A stretch of 26,434 nucleotides of DNA, taken from positions 1 to 26,434 of the IMG/VR virus record IMGVR_UViG_3300025142_000183; one strand, given 5' to 3'. Below the pieces are notes generated by a model, which searched no databases, was not told where the DNA came from, and worked only from the letters and a program-made list of their open reading frames with translations. The DNA is from a virus (taxonomy: Duplodnaviria > Caudoviricetes). Numbering within the stretch: position 1 is the first letter of the stretch; every line of letters begins with the position of its first letter. Positions 15,480 through 23,722 of this stretch are shown piece after piece. Both the position numbers and the translations under genes were made by a program.

Positions 15480-17666
15480 TTAGAGGCGGATATCCAGCAG
15501 TTCTTTAAAGTTCGCGTTCGACTTCGTGATGACCGCCTCGATCCCGAAATACTTGAGCGTGCGGGTCGGCTTGATGAAGAGTCTGCAGACGAATTCACCA
15601 CGATCAATGCGCTCCGGCGTGTTCAGGATCGCGTCGTTGATGCTCTTGGCATCCTGGTCACACTGGATCAGGTATTCGTAGAACGCCCGCCGTTTCAGGA
15701 GATCTTCCATCCAGGGGTTGATTAAGTTGAAGACCCGACGCCAGGTGATGGGGTCGTTCGGCTCGAAAAGATAGATGCGGTTGATTTTCAGAAGAGCCTT
15801 TCTCATGTAGATGAGCAGCCTGCGGATATGAAGCGACTGGAGCGCGCTGGGTGCCCGTTGCAGGGTTTGCTCGCCCCAGATGACGGTACCTTCATCCGAG
15901 AAATCCACGATGGGGCTGATCTGGTTGTTCACCAGGTCATCCATCTCGCTAGATCGTCCGGGAGTTCCCACGTTGTAGTGAACGCCGAGGGTATTTGGAA
16001 TCCGGCCGCGTTGCAGGCCCGCGGGCGCGAACCAGACCTCGGCTTTGGCGTCATTGTAGGCATGGACGCCGAACACGTCCCCGATGAGACTGATATCGGT
16101 AATGTCGTTGGTCTTGGCCGAGCGGATCTTGGGTCTGCCGAAATACATGGCCCCGTAACTGGAATTAAACGCGGCATGAACCCACAAGCCTTGCCCAAGA
16201 CGAAAGTCAATTGCCTCTTCGGCGGAATCCACGGAGGCCGGAGGCTCAGCGTAGTACACCATGTCTTCTCGGTTTTCGCAGTAGGCAACACCAGCGGCAA
16301 CTACGGCCGGAGATGTGTTTTCCGGACAGGCCAACCCGAAGGCGTCATCAATGTCGTCAAAGGCATACAGTCCGGTGCGCGTGGCTGGATTACCGATCCA
16401 GTCGTCGTCATCCAGACCGCTTAACCCGTCCGCGCCGCCTGCCAGATTAGTGGCAGTGACAGGGGTCGGATTGTCTACGGTTACCGGATCTGGACTGAAC
16501 GTAACGGTACCGGTAGCCGCAATGGCATCGCTGCCGCCCAATAATGTCGCTCCCGAAAGAGTCAATCCGGCACCACTCGCCGAAACCATTGTGATGCTGT
16601 TCCCGGCGGTTCCTGGATTTGCGGCCGTCACCGTAATGATCAGCCCGTCATCCGTGGCGTTCACGTTCGCGAGCGCCTCGATGAGAGCTGTCAGTTCGCC
16701 GATATTGCTAAATTCGTTGGCTCCCGGAGGTCCCGGGACCTTGGTAAAGAGGCTTCCGTCCACTGTAACCGTGTCCCCATCGGCGGGAATGCCGAAGGTG
16801 ATCGTGCCGCCTGCCGCCACCGCATCAAGGCCGCCGGCAAGGTTCGCACCCGAGACGGAAATATTCCCTCCGCCCGTCACGGCGGATAGCGCGATGGCGT
16901 TTCCGGCCACGCCAGCCACAACGGCGGTTAGAGAAATTACGTTACTGAGTGAAGTCGCCGTCACGTCACCGGAGGTTGCGTTGATGGAATCCTTCAACGA
17001 GGACGCCATCAGAGGGATGTCGTCGATGTTAATTGTAAAATCGTCACCCGAATCGAATGTGTCGATGCCAACGGTGACACTGTCGCTCTCGAAGGGATCA
17101 CCAGCCTCAAGATCAATGAGTTTTACGAGTTTGGATTGGTCATTGATGACCTTCACGGCGTAGTATTCGGTGTCGTCTTGATTCATGGTGAGATACCGGT
17201 ACGACTCGCTCAATTCGGATTGCTCGGGATAATCAATCCGCAGATCGAATCGGTCGGGGTCGACGTCGTTGGCTGTGATCGTGACCACGAGGGTGTTGCC
17301 CCAGGTTCCCTGGTTGGCCGCCTCGATTGTCAGCGTGTTACGGCTTTGCTGATCCTGCAGAGTCAACGATGCCTTGAGGGCGGCGATCGTGGATGCGTCG
17401 GCCGGATCCGTGTAGTGAACCACGCGATTGATGTAGAGCACGGCCCCGCGATCGAAGGCACGCTGGACCACGATATCGGAATCCGAACTGTCAATGGGAA
17501 GTCCGTAGTTTTCCTGGAACTGTTTCATGGATCCGACCAGTTTGACTTCGTTGACTGGCCCGCGACGTGCGGTGATTTGCACGCAGTTCCTACCTTGCGT
17601 GACGGCCTGGATGAAGAAACTCAAATCCCTTTCGGTGAATGTAACTTTTGCGGCTCCTGTTGGCAT
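15480..17666 (-). CDS. contractile tail sheath protein (T4 gp18/P2 FI-like)
   Basis: 728 aa. 'RRGPVNE', 'ANQGTWGN', 'TGLYAFD', 'VWFAPAG', 'VIWGEQTL', 'IRRLL', 'LFEPND'. Confidence 0.96.
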   Translation of the reverse strand: MPTGAAKVTFTERDLSFFIQAVTQGRNCVQITARRGPVNEVKLVGSMKQFQENYGLPIDSSDSDIVVQRAFDRGAVLYINRVVHYTDPADASTIAALKASLTLQDQQSRNTLTIEAANQGTWGNTLVVTITANDVDPDRFDLRIDYPEQSELSESYRYLTMNQDDTEYYAVKVINDQSKLVKLIDLEAGDPFESDSVTVGIDTFDSGDDFTINIDDIPLMASSLKDSINATSGDVTATSLSNVISLTAVVAGVAGNAIALSAVTGGGNISVSGANLAGGLDAVAAGGTITFGIPADGDTVTVDGSLFTKVPGPPGANEFSNIGELTALIEALANVNATDDGLIITVTAANPGTAGNSITMVSASGAGLTLSGATLLGGSDAIAATGTVTFSPDPVTVDNPTPVTATNLAGGADGLSGLDDDDWIGNPATRTGLYAFDDIDDAFGLACPENTSPAVVAAGVAYCENREDMVYYAEPPASVDSAEEAIDFRLGQGLWVHAAFNSSYGAMYFGRPKIRSAKTNDITDISLIGDVFGVHAYNDAKAEVWFAPAGLQRGRIPNTLGVHYNVGTPGRSSEMDDLVNNQISPIVDFSDEGTVIWGEQTLQRAPSALQSLHIRRLLIYMRKALLKINRIYLFEPNDPITWRRVFNLINPWMEDLLKRRAFYEYLIQCDQDAKSINDAILNTPERIDRGEFVCRLFIKPTRTLKYFGIEAVITKSNANFKELLDIRL

Positions 17667-17681
17667 AATCCTTAACCTCCC

Positions 17682-17936
17682 TTAAACGTTTTCAATCCGG
17701 ATGAGTCTCTTGCGTTCCAATGCCTTCGTGGCCGTAACAATCGCCGTCTGCGGCAGTATCGGCGCATCCTGACCGTGACGGCCCGTCTGCAATCTGAGAT
17801 TCAGAAAGGCTGTCGTGCCGTCGGGGCTCCGATAAGGAACCGGAAAAGTCTTCTGGGTCAGGTTGATGATGCGAACCTGACCTGCGGCCTTGGCCGGTTC
17901 TTTTCGAATGGGTGCTTCCTTGTTTTTCTTTGGCAT
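17682..17936 (-). CDS. small basic hypothetical protein upstream of the sheath
   Basis: 84 aa; TAAGGAG SD; fills the gap between terminator and sheath genes. Confidence 0.65.
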   Translation of the reverse strand: MPKKNKEAPIRKEPAKAAGQVRIINLTQKTFPVPYRSPDGTTAFLNLRLQTGRHGQDAPILPQTAIVTATKALERKRLIRIENV

Positions 17937-17948
17937 ACGTTTCGCTCC

Positions 17949-18602
17949 TTACGGCCCAGTGTCCGGTTGAATGGTCACTTCTTGCATTGAGATCCCGTCC
18001 GGATTCGAAGGATCACTACTCGTTGTTCTCAAAATATCGCTGTCGATCGTGGTGATTATTTTTCCATCACGATCCGGCAGGAATCCGGTCACCCATGCTT
18101 CGATCTTGAATCGGTAAATTTTCTCTCGGATATTTTTGGTTAGATCGTCCAGATTCTGGATACCGACGAGCTCAATGGGAAAATCCGCCGGCGCTCCGTC
18201 GATCATGAGCGTCAGGACACCGCGCTCTGGGAATTTGGCCAGCAAGGCCAGATCCATTTCCAACGATGTCTGGCTGTCATAGCACCAGGCATCGACCTCA
18301 TAGAGGAGATCCAGAGGGAGCGGCTTCTTGACTGTGAATTCGGGATATACCGTAACGGGTTCTCCGTCATAGGTGAGAGTCGTCGTGGATCCCGATGGCG
18401 TGACTACATCCGGAGTGACGCGGCCGCGATCGATATCGTAACCAGCAAACGAAATCTGCACGGCTTTCTTGGGAAGCACTGGACGGCTCTTGCCGTCATC
18501 AAAGCCAAGAAACTCAAGCGCGGGTACGGTGGCGATAGAAGCCATGCGACCGTAGATGGCTTGATGCAACTTGGCGATGCTGTTTAGAATCGTGGCAGCC
18601 AT
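17949..18602 (-). CDS. probable tail terminator/cap protein
   Basis: 'VQISFAGYDIDRGR...PLPLDLLYEVDAWC...YRFKIEAW'; position just before the sheath. Start is ATG 18602 or TTG 18608. Confidence 0.65.
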   Translation of the reverse strand: MAATILNSIAKLHQAIYGRMASIATVPALEFLGFDDGKSRPVLPKKAVQISFAGYDIDRGRVTPDVVTPSGSTTTLTYDGEPVTVYPEFTVKKPLPLDLLYEVDAWCYDSQTSLEMDLALLAKFPERGVLTLMIDGAPADFPIELVGIQNLDDLTKNIREKIYRFKIEAWVTGFLPDRDGKIITTIDSDILRTTSSDPSNPDGISMQEVTIQPDTGP

Positions 18603-18604
18603 AT

Positions 18605-19087
18605 TCAATGTCCCGTGTTCTCCAGCGTTTCGCGAATGGCTTTTTTGTAGCCTCTTTCGACGTCAGGCTGGACTTCTTTGAAAGTCGGTCGGAACAGCGG
18701 TCGTGCCGTGATATTCCGCGCATGACTTCCGAATTCATGAATTTCGGCGATCAGGACCGGTGGCTCGCCGTCCTTGCGTTTGCCGGACCGTAACACCCCG
18801 ACGAAAGCCGACAGCCGATCTCCCGCCAATTCAGTCGTGATCGACTGCATCAGTTGGGAAGTGGCGATGAGGGTCGCCGTGCTCAGATGTCGCCTCTTTT
18901 TGGAGGCGAGATATGCGGGGCTTAAAGGCTTCCAGGACAGGTCCTGGTTCTGCAAATGTTTCACCAGCACTTTGCGGACCAACTCGGCATTCTGAAGAGT
19001 CGCCAGCTGCAAGCGCGATGTCAGTTTCAGCCCGAATCCGTTCAGGTCCTTTTCCAAATCTCTCCATGGTCCGTTCATCTCGCTCAT
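18605..19087 (-). CDS. tail completion / virion morphogenesis protein (Mu gpG, P2 gpS, HK97 gp10-like)
   Basis: 'WKPLSPAY...TLIATSQLMQSI...IAEIHEFGS...ITARPLFRP'. Confidence 0.85.
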   Translation of the reverse strand: MSEMNGPWRDLEKDLNGFGLKLTSRLQLATLQNAELVRKVLVKHLQNQDLSWKPLSPAYLASKKRRHLSTATLIATSQLMQSITTELAGDRLSAFVGVLRSGKRKDGEPPVLIAEIHEFGSHARNITARPLFRPTFKEVQPDVERGYKKAIRETLENTGH

Positions 19088-19524
19088 GGGTTGCCTCCCT
19101 CGGCCCAGCGTCTCTTGATCTGGAGATAGACGAAGGACGGTTTCTTGGTCATGTCGGCCACACCACCAAAAGAGACGATATCGTAGACCTCGTTCTCCAT
19201 GACCACCACGTCGTTATGATCGAGCAATACCTTGTTATCGGCATCCGTAAGTCCGGCAGCTTCAACATCATCCCAGTTGAGATATATTTTTCTCTCGTGG
19301 GCCGCGTCGGGACCGAGGTCATTGCGGAACTGGTCGGTTTTACCTTCGGAAACGAATTCACGGATGGCGTTGAATGAAAAATCCTGGTCGGCTGACGGCG
19401 TTCGAAACGCACCGTTGGCAAACGTCGTCCTGCGGATGATGATCGGACAGGCGAAGGTGTCACTCAGGTCATGAAAGACCTTGCGAATCTGGCTGACCTG
19501 TTGATTTGAAAGTAAATCGCTCAT
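19084..19524 (-). CDS. probable head-closure (stopper) protein
   Basis: 146 aa, beta-rich 'DVVVMENEVYDIV'; neck position; ATGA overlap with the next gene. Confidence 0.6.
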   Translation of the reverse strand: MSDLLSNQQVSQIRKVFHDLSDTFACPIIIRRTTFANGAFRTPSADQDFSFNAIREFVSEGKTDQFRNDLGPDAAHERKIYLNWDDVEAAGLTDADNKVLLDHNDVVVMENEVYDIVSFGGVADMTKKPSFVYLQIKRRWAEGGNP

Positions 19525-19535
19525 GCGTCATATCC

Positions 19536-20018
19536 TTAATCGCAGGGACACACGTCACCCGGTGGATCCTCGCAGGCACGTACTTTCCTGAGCAGCGCCG
19601 GCGGTCCGGAAAGCTCAGATTCGGCGTAGCCCAGCTGAGATTTGAGTCCGGAAAGTTTGTTTTCCAATTCTTCGAGAAGTGTCTTGAGCCATGCGAGCTT
19701 ATCCTGACGGAATTTGGCATCGGCAGGTCCCGCCGTGGCTTCGACCACATCGTCTTTATAGTAGGAGATCGCGGTATTGATGAGTTCAATGGCCGCCGCG
19801 GTGGCGATCAGTTCCGATTGCAGAATCGTCAGATCGGATTTGTCCGCATACACGGCTTCCGATCCGTCTCCGCCGTACAGGGAGTAGAAGCTCGCAGCAT
19901 ATTGGAGGGAGGCGTTCTTGTTCTCATCGGTCAGAGTCGCGTCACCGTCGCCCAGAACGTCTTTCGTCTTGAGCAAGATCCGGTTCAGGCGATGCATGGA
20001 GCCGAAAGCCAAAGTCAT
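19536..20018 (-). CDS. probable head-tail adaptor protein
   Basis: 160 aa, helical, with 'VVEATAGPADAKF' hairpin typical of adaptors; neck position; C-terminal CxxxxxxxCPC. Confidence 0.6.
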   Translation of the reverse strand: MTLAFGSMHRLNRILLKTKDVLGDGDATLTDENKNASLQYAASFYSLYGGDGSEAVYADKSDLTILQSELIATAAAIELINTAISYYKDDVVEATAGPADAKFRQDKLAWLKTLLEELENKLSGLKSQLGYAESELSGPPALLRKVRACEDPPGDVCPCD

Positions 20019-20407
20019 ACGTTTCCTCCCGATTTCTTCTTGGCTTTCTTGGTTTTCGAATCGGGTTCTTCCGCCTTCGGTTTTTCATCCTCGGCTATCG
20101 CGGTCTGCTTTTCTTCCGGAGGAATTGTTCGCGTCTTTTCCTTGACAGGCTCCGGTTCGGGCATAGGAGCGTTTTCCGGCTGATGCGGTGTTTGGGGTGC
20201 CGGTTCGGAAGTCGGATCGGCCTTCGTTTGAGCCAAATATTGTGCTTCATCCACGATGAGCAGCCCACCGCGTCGGATCCATTTCTGCATGGTGCGAGTC
20301 GGAGCTCTGTCGTACGGAACGATACGACCTCGCGGAACCTTGAAGTGATTCTCCGGATCCATGTAGGTCATGACGGCGTTGCGGCATTTCAAATATTTCA
20401 TGGGCAT
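20015..20407 (-). CDS. hypothetical protein with Pro/Glu/Lys-rich disordered tail
   Basis: 130 aa; GAGGA SD; directly after the major capsid gene. Confidence 0.7.
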   Translation of the reverse strand: MPMKYLKCRNAVMTYMDPENHFKVPRGRIVPYDRAPTRTMQKWIRRGGLLIVDEAQYLAQTKADPTSEPAPQTPHQPENAPMPEPEPVKEKTRTIPPEEKQTAIAEDEKPKAEEPDSKTKKAKKKSGGNV

Positions 20408-20422
20408 GGTTCATTCCTCACT

Positions 20423-21532
20423 TTAGATCGTAGGTGCCATCCAGATCGGGAAGTCGTTGACCGCCACATCAAGTGAATCATCAACGATCACCCGAGCGTC
20501 CCGGAAGATGACTCCGAAACCCGTGGTGATGGAGGCGTAGGCTTCCTGAATCTGTTTGCTGATAATTTTGTCCCCCTCGACATTGAGTGGAGCCGACGTC
20601 AGCTGAACCAGGGCGTAACGCGGGTCGAGCAGAATGTACTGGTTTTGAGTAAGCCTTCCGCTGACGAATACCTGGCTCTGGCTGGGAAGGGTCTCATTGA
20701 GCACCATCGATGAAATGGGAGTTCCAGCTTGTTTCTGTTTGAACTCGTCCAGGTTGAGTAATCTGTTTGCACCTCGCTCGCTGGTAACGATGTGGTCATA
20801 GCGCCGACCCAAGCGGCTCGCACGGATCCAGGCATAGACCAGATCTCTATAGGTAAGCCCCGGGGGTATAAGCGTGGACACGCCGATCGTAGCAGCGGCT
20901 TCGCTGCCACTGGGCTGATCACCGTTGATGAGAACGTCGACAGCTTCGTTGTTGAGCTTGTGACCCAGTTTCACGCCCACGTCTTGAATGAAAATCGTGA
21001 GCAGATTGATCGAGGTGTACTGAATGGCCTCGTAGCTGATGCTGACGCCGATCGCCTGTTTGAAAATCTCGGTAGTCTTGTTGCCGTAGGAGATGCTTCC
21101 CTTGGAAATGGTTTCTCCCTCGGCCGTGTCCTTGGGCTCGGCGTCAGAGAGTTCCAGAAACGGCATGTTGACTTGCGGTTGGCTGACGCTTTCGCTGACC
21201 GCCACCAGGCTGTTATAAAATGGTGAGGTGCGGATACCTTTGCGAATTGCATCCCGGAAGATTTCAGGAACCAACCAGCGGCTGTCTTGATCCAGATCAA
21301 TCAGCTGACTGACCGTCATCTTGTTGGGGTTGATCCCAAGCTCGCCGTACAGATGGTTTACATCGAAGATACCCTCCTTGTCGCAGCCAGCCGGGTACTG
21401 AGCGCTCAGGTATTCGACGAGACTTACGTCACGTTTGCCGCCCAGTGCGACTGGACCCGATATGTTTCCGGATCGGATTTTTTGCAGCTCTTCGTAGGTC
21501 TGTTTGATTTTGCCTTTGAGTCCAAGTTCCAT
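20423..21532 (-). CDS. major capsid protein (HK97 fold, probable)
   Basis: 369 aa; GAGGAG SD; 'WLVPEIFRDAI', 'TAEGETI', 'KQAIGVSISYEAI', 'AVDVLINGD'; canonical position. Confidence 0.88.
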   Translation of the reverse strand: MELGLKGKIKQTYEELQKIRSGNISGPVALGGKRDVSLVEYLSAQYPAGCDKEGIFDVNHLYGELGINPNKMTVSQLIDLDQDSRWLVPEIFRDAIRKGIRTSPFYNSLVAVSESVSQPQVNMPFLELSDAEPKDTAEGETISKGSISYGNKTTEIFKQAIGVSISYEAIQYTSINLLTIFIQDVGVKLGHKLNNEAVDVLINGDQPSGSEAAATIGVSTLIPPGLTYRDLVYAWIRASRLGRRYDHIVTSERGANRLLNLDEFKQKQAGTPISSMVLNETLPSQSQVFVSGRLTQNQYILLDPRYALVQLTSAPLNVEGDKIISKQIQEAYASITTGFGVIFRDARVIVDDSLDVAVNDFPIWMAPTI

Positions 21533-21562
21533 AGTGATCTCCTCTTAAAGTTTGTCTTCGAA

Positions 21563-22276
21563 TCAGCGGACCAGGACATCGATGGGGACATCCGGGGCTG
21601 TGGTTTCCGTCAAGGCGATGCCGTACGGATCGAAGATGGAAATGTCCCCGTCCTGCAAGAGCGCCACCAGAATGTCGGCACCGTCGTCACTGGTCGAAAT
21701 GGGAATGACGGTATTGTTGAAGTTGGGTCCGTTATTTTGCCGTTCGATGACAACCTGATCGGGCGGGGATGCGAAAGCATTGTGGCCCGGAACCAACGCA
21801 TTGATCGCTGTGGCGATATTCTGCGCGGTCGTCATGACATCGGGACCCGTGATGAAATCGATGCCCTCGGTCATGACCACACCGTTGACCGTGATCGTCT
21901 CACCGCCGTTCCATGCGAAATCCATCACCCTGAAAATGGATTGCGGTTCGCGGTAAGTGGACATGACCACTTTTCCGGCGCTGTTCATGGTGACGGGTTT
22001 TCCGGCGGGAATCGCTTCACCGGAGGTCATCGTGATGACGGCGCGGCCCTTGGCGGCAATGACGACACGGTTGTCGTTATTGGATTTATTGCTACGAATC
22101 ATCACGTAACCCAGACAGGCCGTGAAATCGGGTTGCCCCGGTCCGACATAAGGGGCGACGAGGTCCACGGCGCTCAATTTGACCGGCGTGTGTGGGGCTA
22201 ACGGTCCCACAACTAAGGGATCCACTCCGAATGACAGGGTGAGCATTCCGGATAATTCTTCTTTGACGATGGTCAT
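21563..22276 (-). CDS. capsid decoration/cement protein with inserted domain
   Basis: 'GEAIPAGKPVTMNSAGKV' and C-terminal 'YGIALTETTAPDVPIDVL' are cement-protein-like and are split by a ~100-aa insert; lies between scaffold and major capsid genes. Confidence 0.7.
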   Translation of the reverse strand: MTIVKEELSGMLTLSFGVDPLVVGPLAPHTPVKLSAVDLVAPYVGPGQPDFTACLGYVMIRSNKSNNDNRVVIAAKGRAVITMTSGEAIPAGKPVTMNSAGKVVMSTYREPQSIFRVMDFAWNGGETITVNGVVMTEGIDFITGPDVMTTAQNIATAINALVPGHNAFASPPDQVVIERQNNGPNFNNTVIPISTSDDGADILVALLQDGDISIFDPYGIALTETTAPDVPIDVLVR

Positions 22277-22294
22277 GGTCTTCTCCTTTTGCTG

Positions 22295-22819
22295 TTAGAG
22301 GGCATGAATGTCCTTCACATGCTCCAATGCCTTGCGGGACAAGGGGCCTTGAGCGGGCTGGCCCTGATCCTGCGGTATCTGGGAACTTTGACGACGGATA
22401 TCGGTGCCGCCGCATTTGGCGCACCGGTTCGGAAACCTGGTTTCGACTTCCTTCTGGAATTCCTGTTTGAAGGCCTGCGCGATATCGAGATCGGCTTTTT
22501 CCAAAGTCTTGAGGATCGCCTCGCTGACCGCATCTCCCTTGGCTAGGCGATACAGACGGATCGACTCCTTGCGCTCGTCCTCGAGGTATTGGCGACCGAG
22601 GGTGGCCTGCGGCTCCAGGTCACGCACTTTGCTTTCAAGCTCTTCGATGCGGTGCTGGCCTTGTGCGATTTGAGATTGAAGGCCAACGACTTCTTGCCGG
22701 CTTTTCTGCAGGCACTCCTCGGATTTGGTTTCGAAGTGCTGATTCAGAATCTCGGTGAAGTTCTTTTCCGTCACCTCAACGCCGAACGTTTCCTTCAACA
22801 ATTTATTTAAGGGATGCAT
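22295..22819 (-). CDS. nested in-frame scaffolding protein (internal start, lambda Nu3-like)
   Basis: GAGGAG (22826-22831) 6 nt before an in-frame ATG (Met270, MHPLNK), at the junction between linker and coiled coil; 174 aa. Confidence 0.6.
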   Translation of the reverse strand: MHPLNKLLKETFGVEVTEKNFTEILNQHFETKSEECLQKSRQEVVGLQSQIAQGQHRIEELESKVRDLEPQATLGRQYLEDERKESIRLYRLAKGDAVSEAILKTLEKADLDIAQAFKQEFQKEVETRFPNRCAKCGGTDIRRQSSQIPQDQGQPAQGPLSRKALEHVKDIHAL

Positions 22820-23626
22820 GGCAAGCTCCTCATTGTTCTTGATAATTTTTTTGGGAATGGATGCCTGGGCGGCGATCGTTTGAAGATGTTGTGATTGCTG
22901 CACGGGCCGACCGTCGTCGCCGATCTGTTTGGCGAATTCATCGGCCCCTTGCCAGACGAGGGAAATTTCCCAGAACTTGTCGATCTTGGTGACGATGATC
23001 CGCACCGTCTCGCCCTCGATTTCCTCACCGAGATGATCGAAGAATGTGCCCGTTTCCATGAGCGCGGGATGACTCGGCTTCCATTCGAAGCTGACGGTGA
23101 CGCTGGCGGAGTGGATGGCCCCCTGAAGGACGCCGCGGACCGTCATGGGGTCCTTGACCGTGTCCAGTTTGAGAATGGCATTGATGCCGGAAGGAAAACC
23201 GGCTGTGGTTTCATCCCAGTGGGATGATTCCACGCGACCGACCCAATTGTTCACGCTGGTGTTGTGATCCTTGAAAACCGTCTGTCCGTTTAATTTGGAG
23301 ACGGAGGCCTTGAGCATTTTCTCGTCCGTGAAATCGATGGGACGATCGGCCAGCACGGTGGCTGACAAAGCCCTGAAGGTCGCGAATATGAAATCGTTCT
23401 CTGCCGGATCGACGCCATCCGTGGGTTGCAATGAAACGTCGCCCGATTCCTCGGCGAGATGCTCATGGGCAATCTTTTCGGCTTGATCGGGATTTTTCTT
23501 CGGATTTGAATTCTGGTTCTGGAGACAGTTTGGTCGGATAGATCCCACGAAAGTCATAGACAAGCCCAGAGGCTTGCGACTTTTCCAGTTCGTGTTCGCC
23601 AGACTGATCTGTTGGTTCGTCAACAT
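22295..23626 (-). CDS. prohead maturation protease-scaffold fusion
   Basis: 443 aa. 'TVFKDH' (His), 'IHSASVTV' (Ser) and 'FWEISLVWQGAD' are HK97/assemblin-type protease motifs; C-terminal coiled coil. Confidence 0.8.
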   Translation of the reverse strand: MLTNQQISLANTNWKSRKPLGLSMTFVGSIRPNCLQNQNSNPKKNPDQAEKIAHEHLAEESGDVSLQPTDGVDPAENDFIFATFRALSATVLADRPIDFTDEKMLKASVSKLNGQTVFKDHNTSVNNWVGRVESSHWDETTAGFPSGINAILKLDTVKDPMTVRGVLQGAIHSASVTVSFEWKPSHPALMETGTFFDHLGEEIEGETVRIIVTKIDKFWEISLVWQGADEFAKQIGDDGRPVQQSQHLQTIAAQASIPKKIIKNNEELAMHPLNKLLKETFGVEVTEKNFTEILNQHFETKSEECLQKSRQEVVGLQSQIAQGQHRIEELESKVRDLEPQATLGRQYLEDERKESIRLYRLAKGDAVSEAILKTLEKADLDIAQAFKQEFQKEVETRFPNRCAKCGGTDIRRQSSQIPQDQGQPAQGPLSRKALEHVKDIHAL

Positions 23627-23651
23627 AGATATCCTTCTCTCGATATCTATG
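23624..23651 (-). promoter_or_regulatory. RNA hairpin covering the protease start codon
   Basis: Perfect 10-bp inverted repeat; mRNA reads CAUAGAUAUC-GAGAGAAG-GAUAUCUAUG with the AUG in the 3' arm. Confidence 0.6.
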
Positions 23652-23722
23652 CTTCGAGCGTAAACTCCCGGTCACTTTCGTGATCCCGAAAAATATTTTT
23701 TCTTCAGAATCTTTCATAGGCG

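Noticed and set aside
2361-18602. Calling the locus a headless eCIS or R-type tailocin
   Set aside because: Intact portal, protease, capsid and neck genes are in the same operon; no AAA+ ATPase or effector genes are recognisable.
21415-23445. Shared 'DVSL' tetrapeptide in the protease and capsid N-termini as a cleavage motif
   Set aside because: Too short to distinguish from chance without homologues or proteomics.
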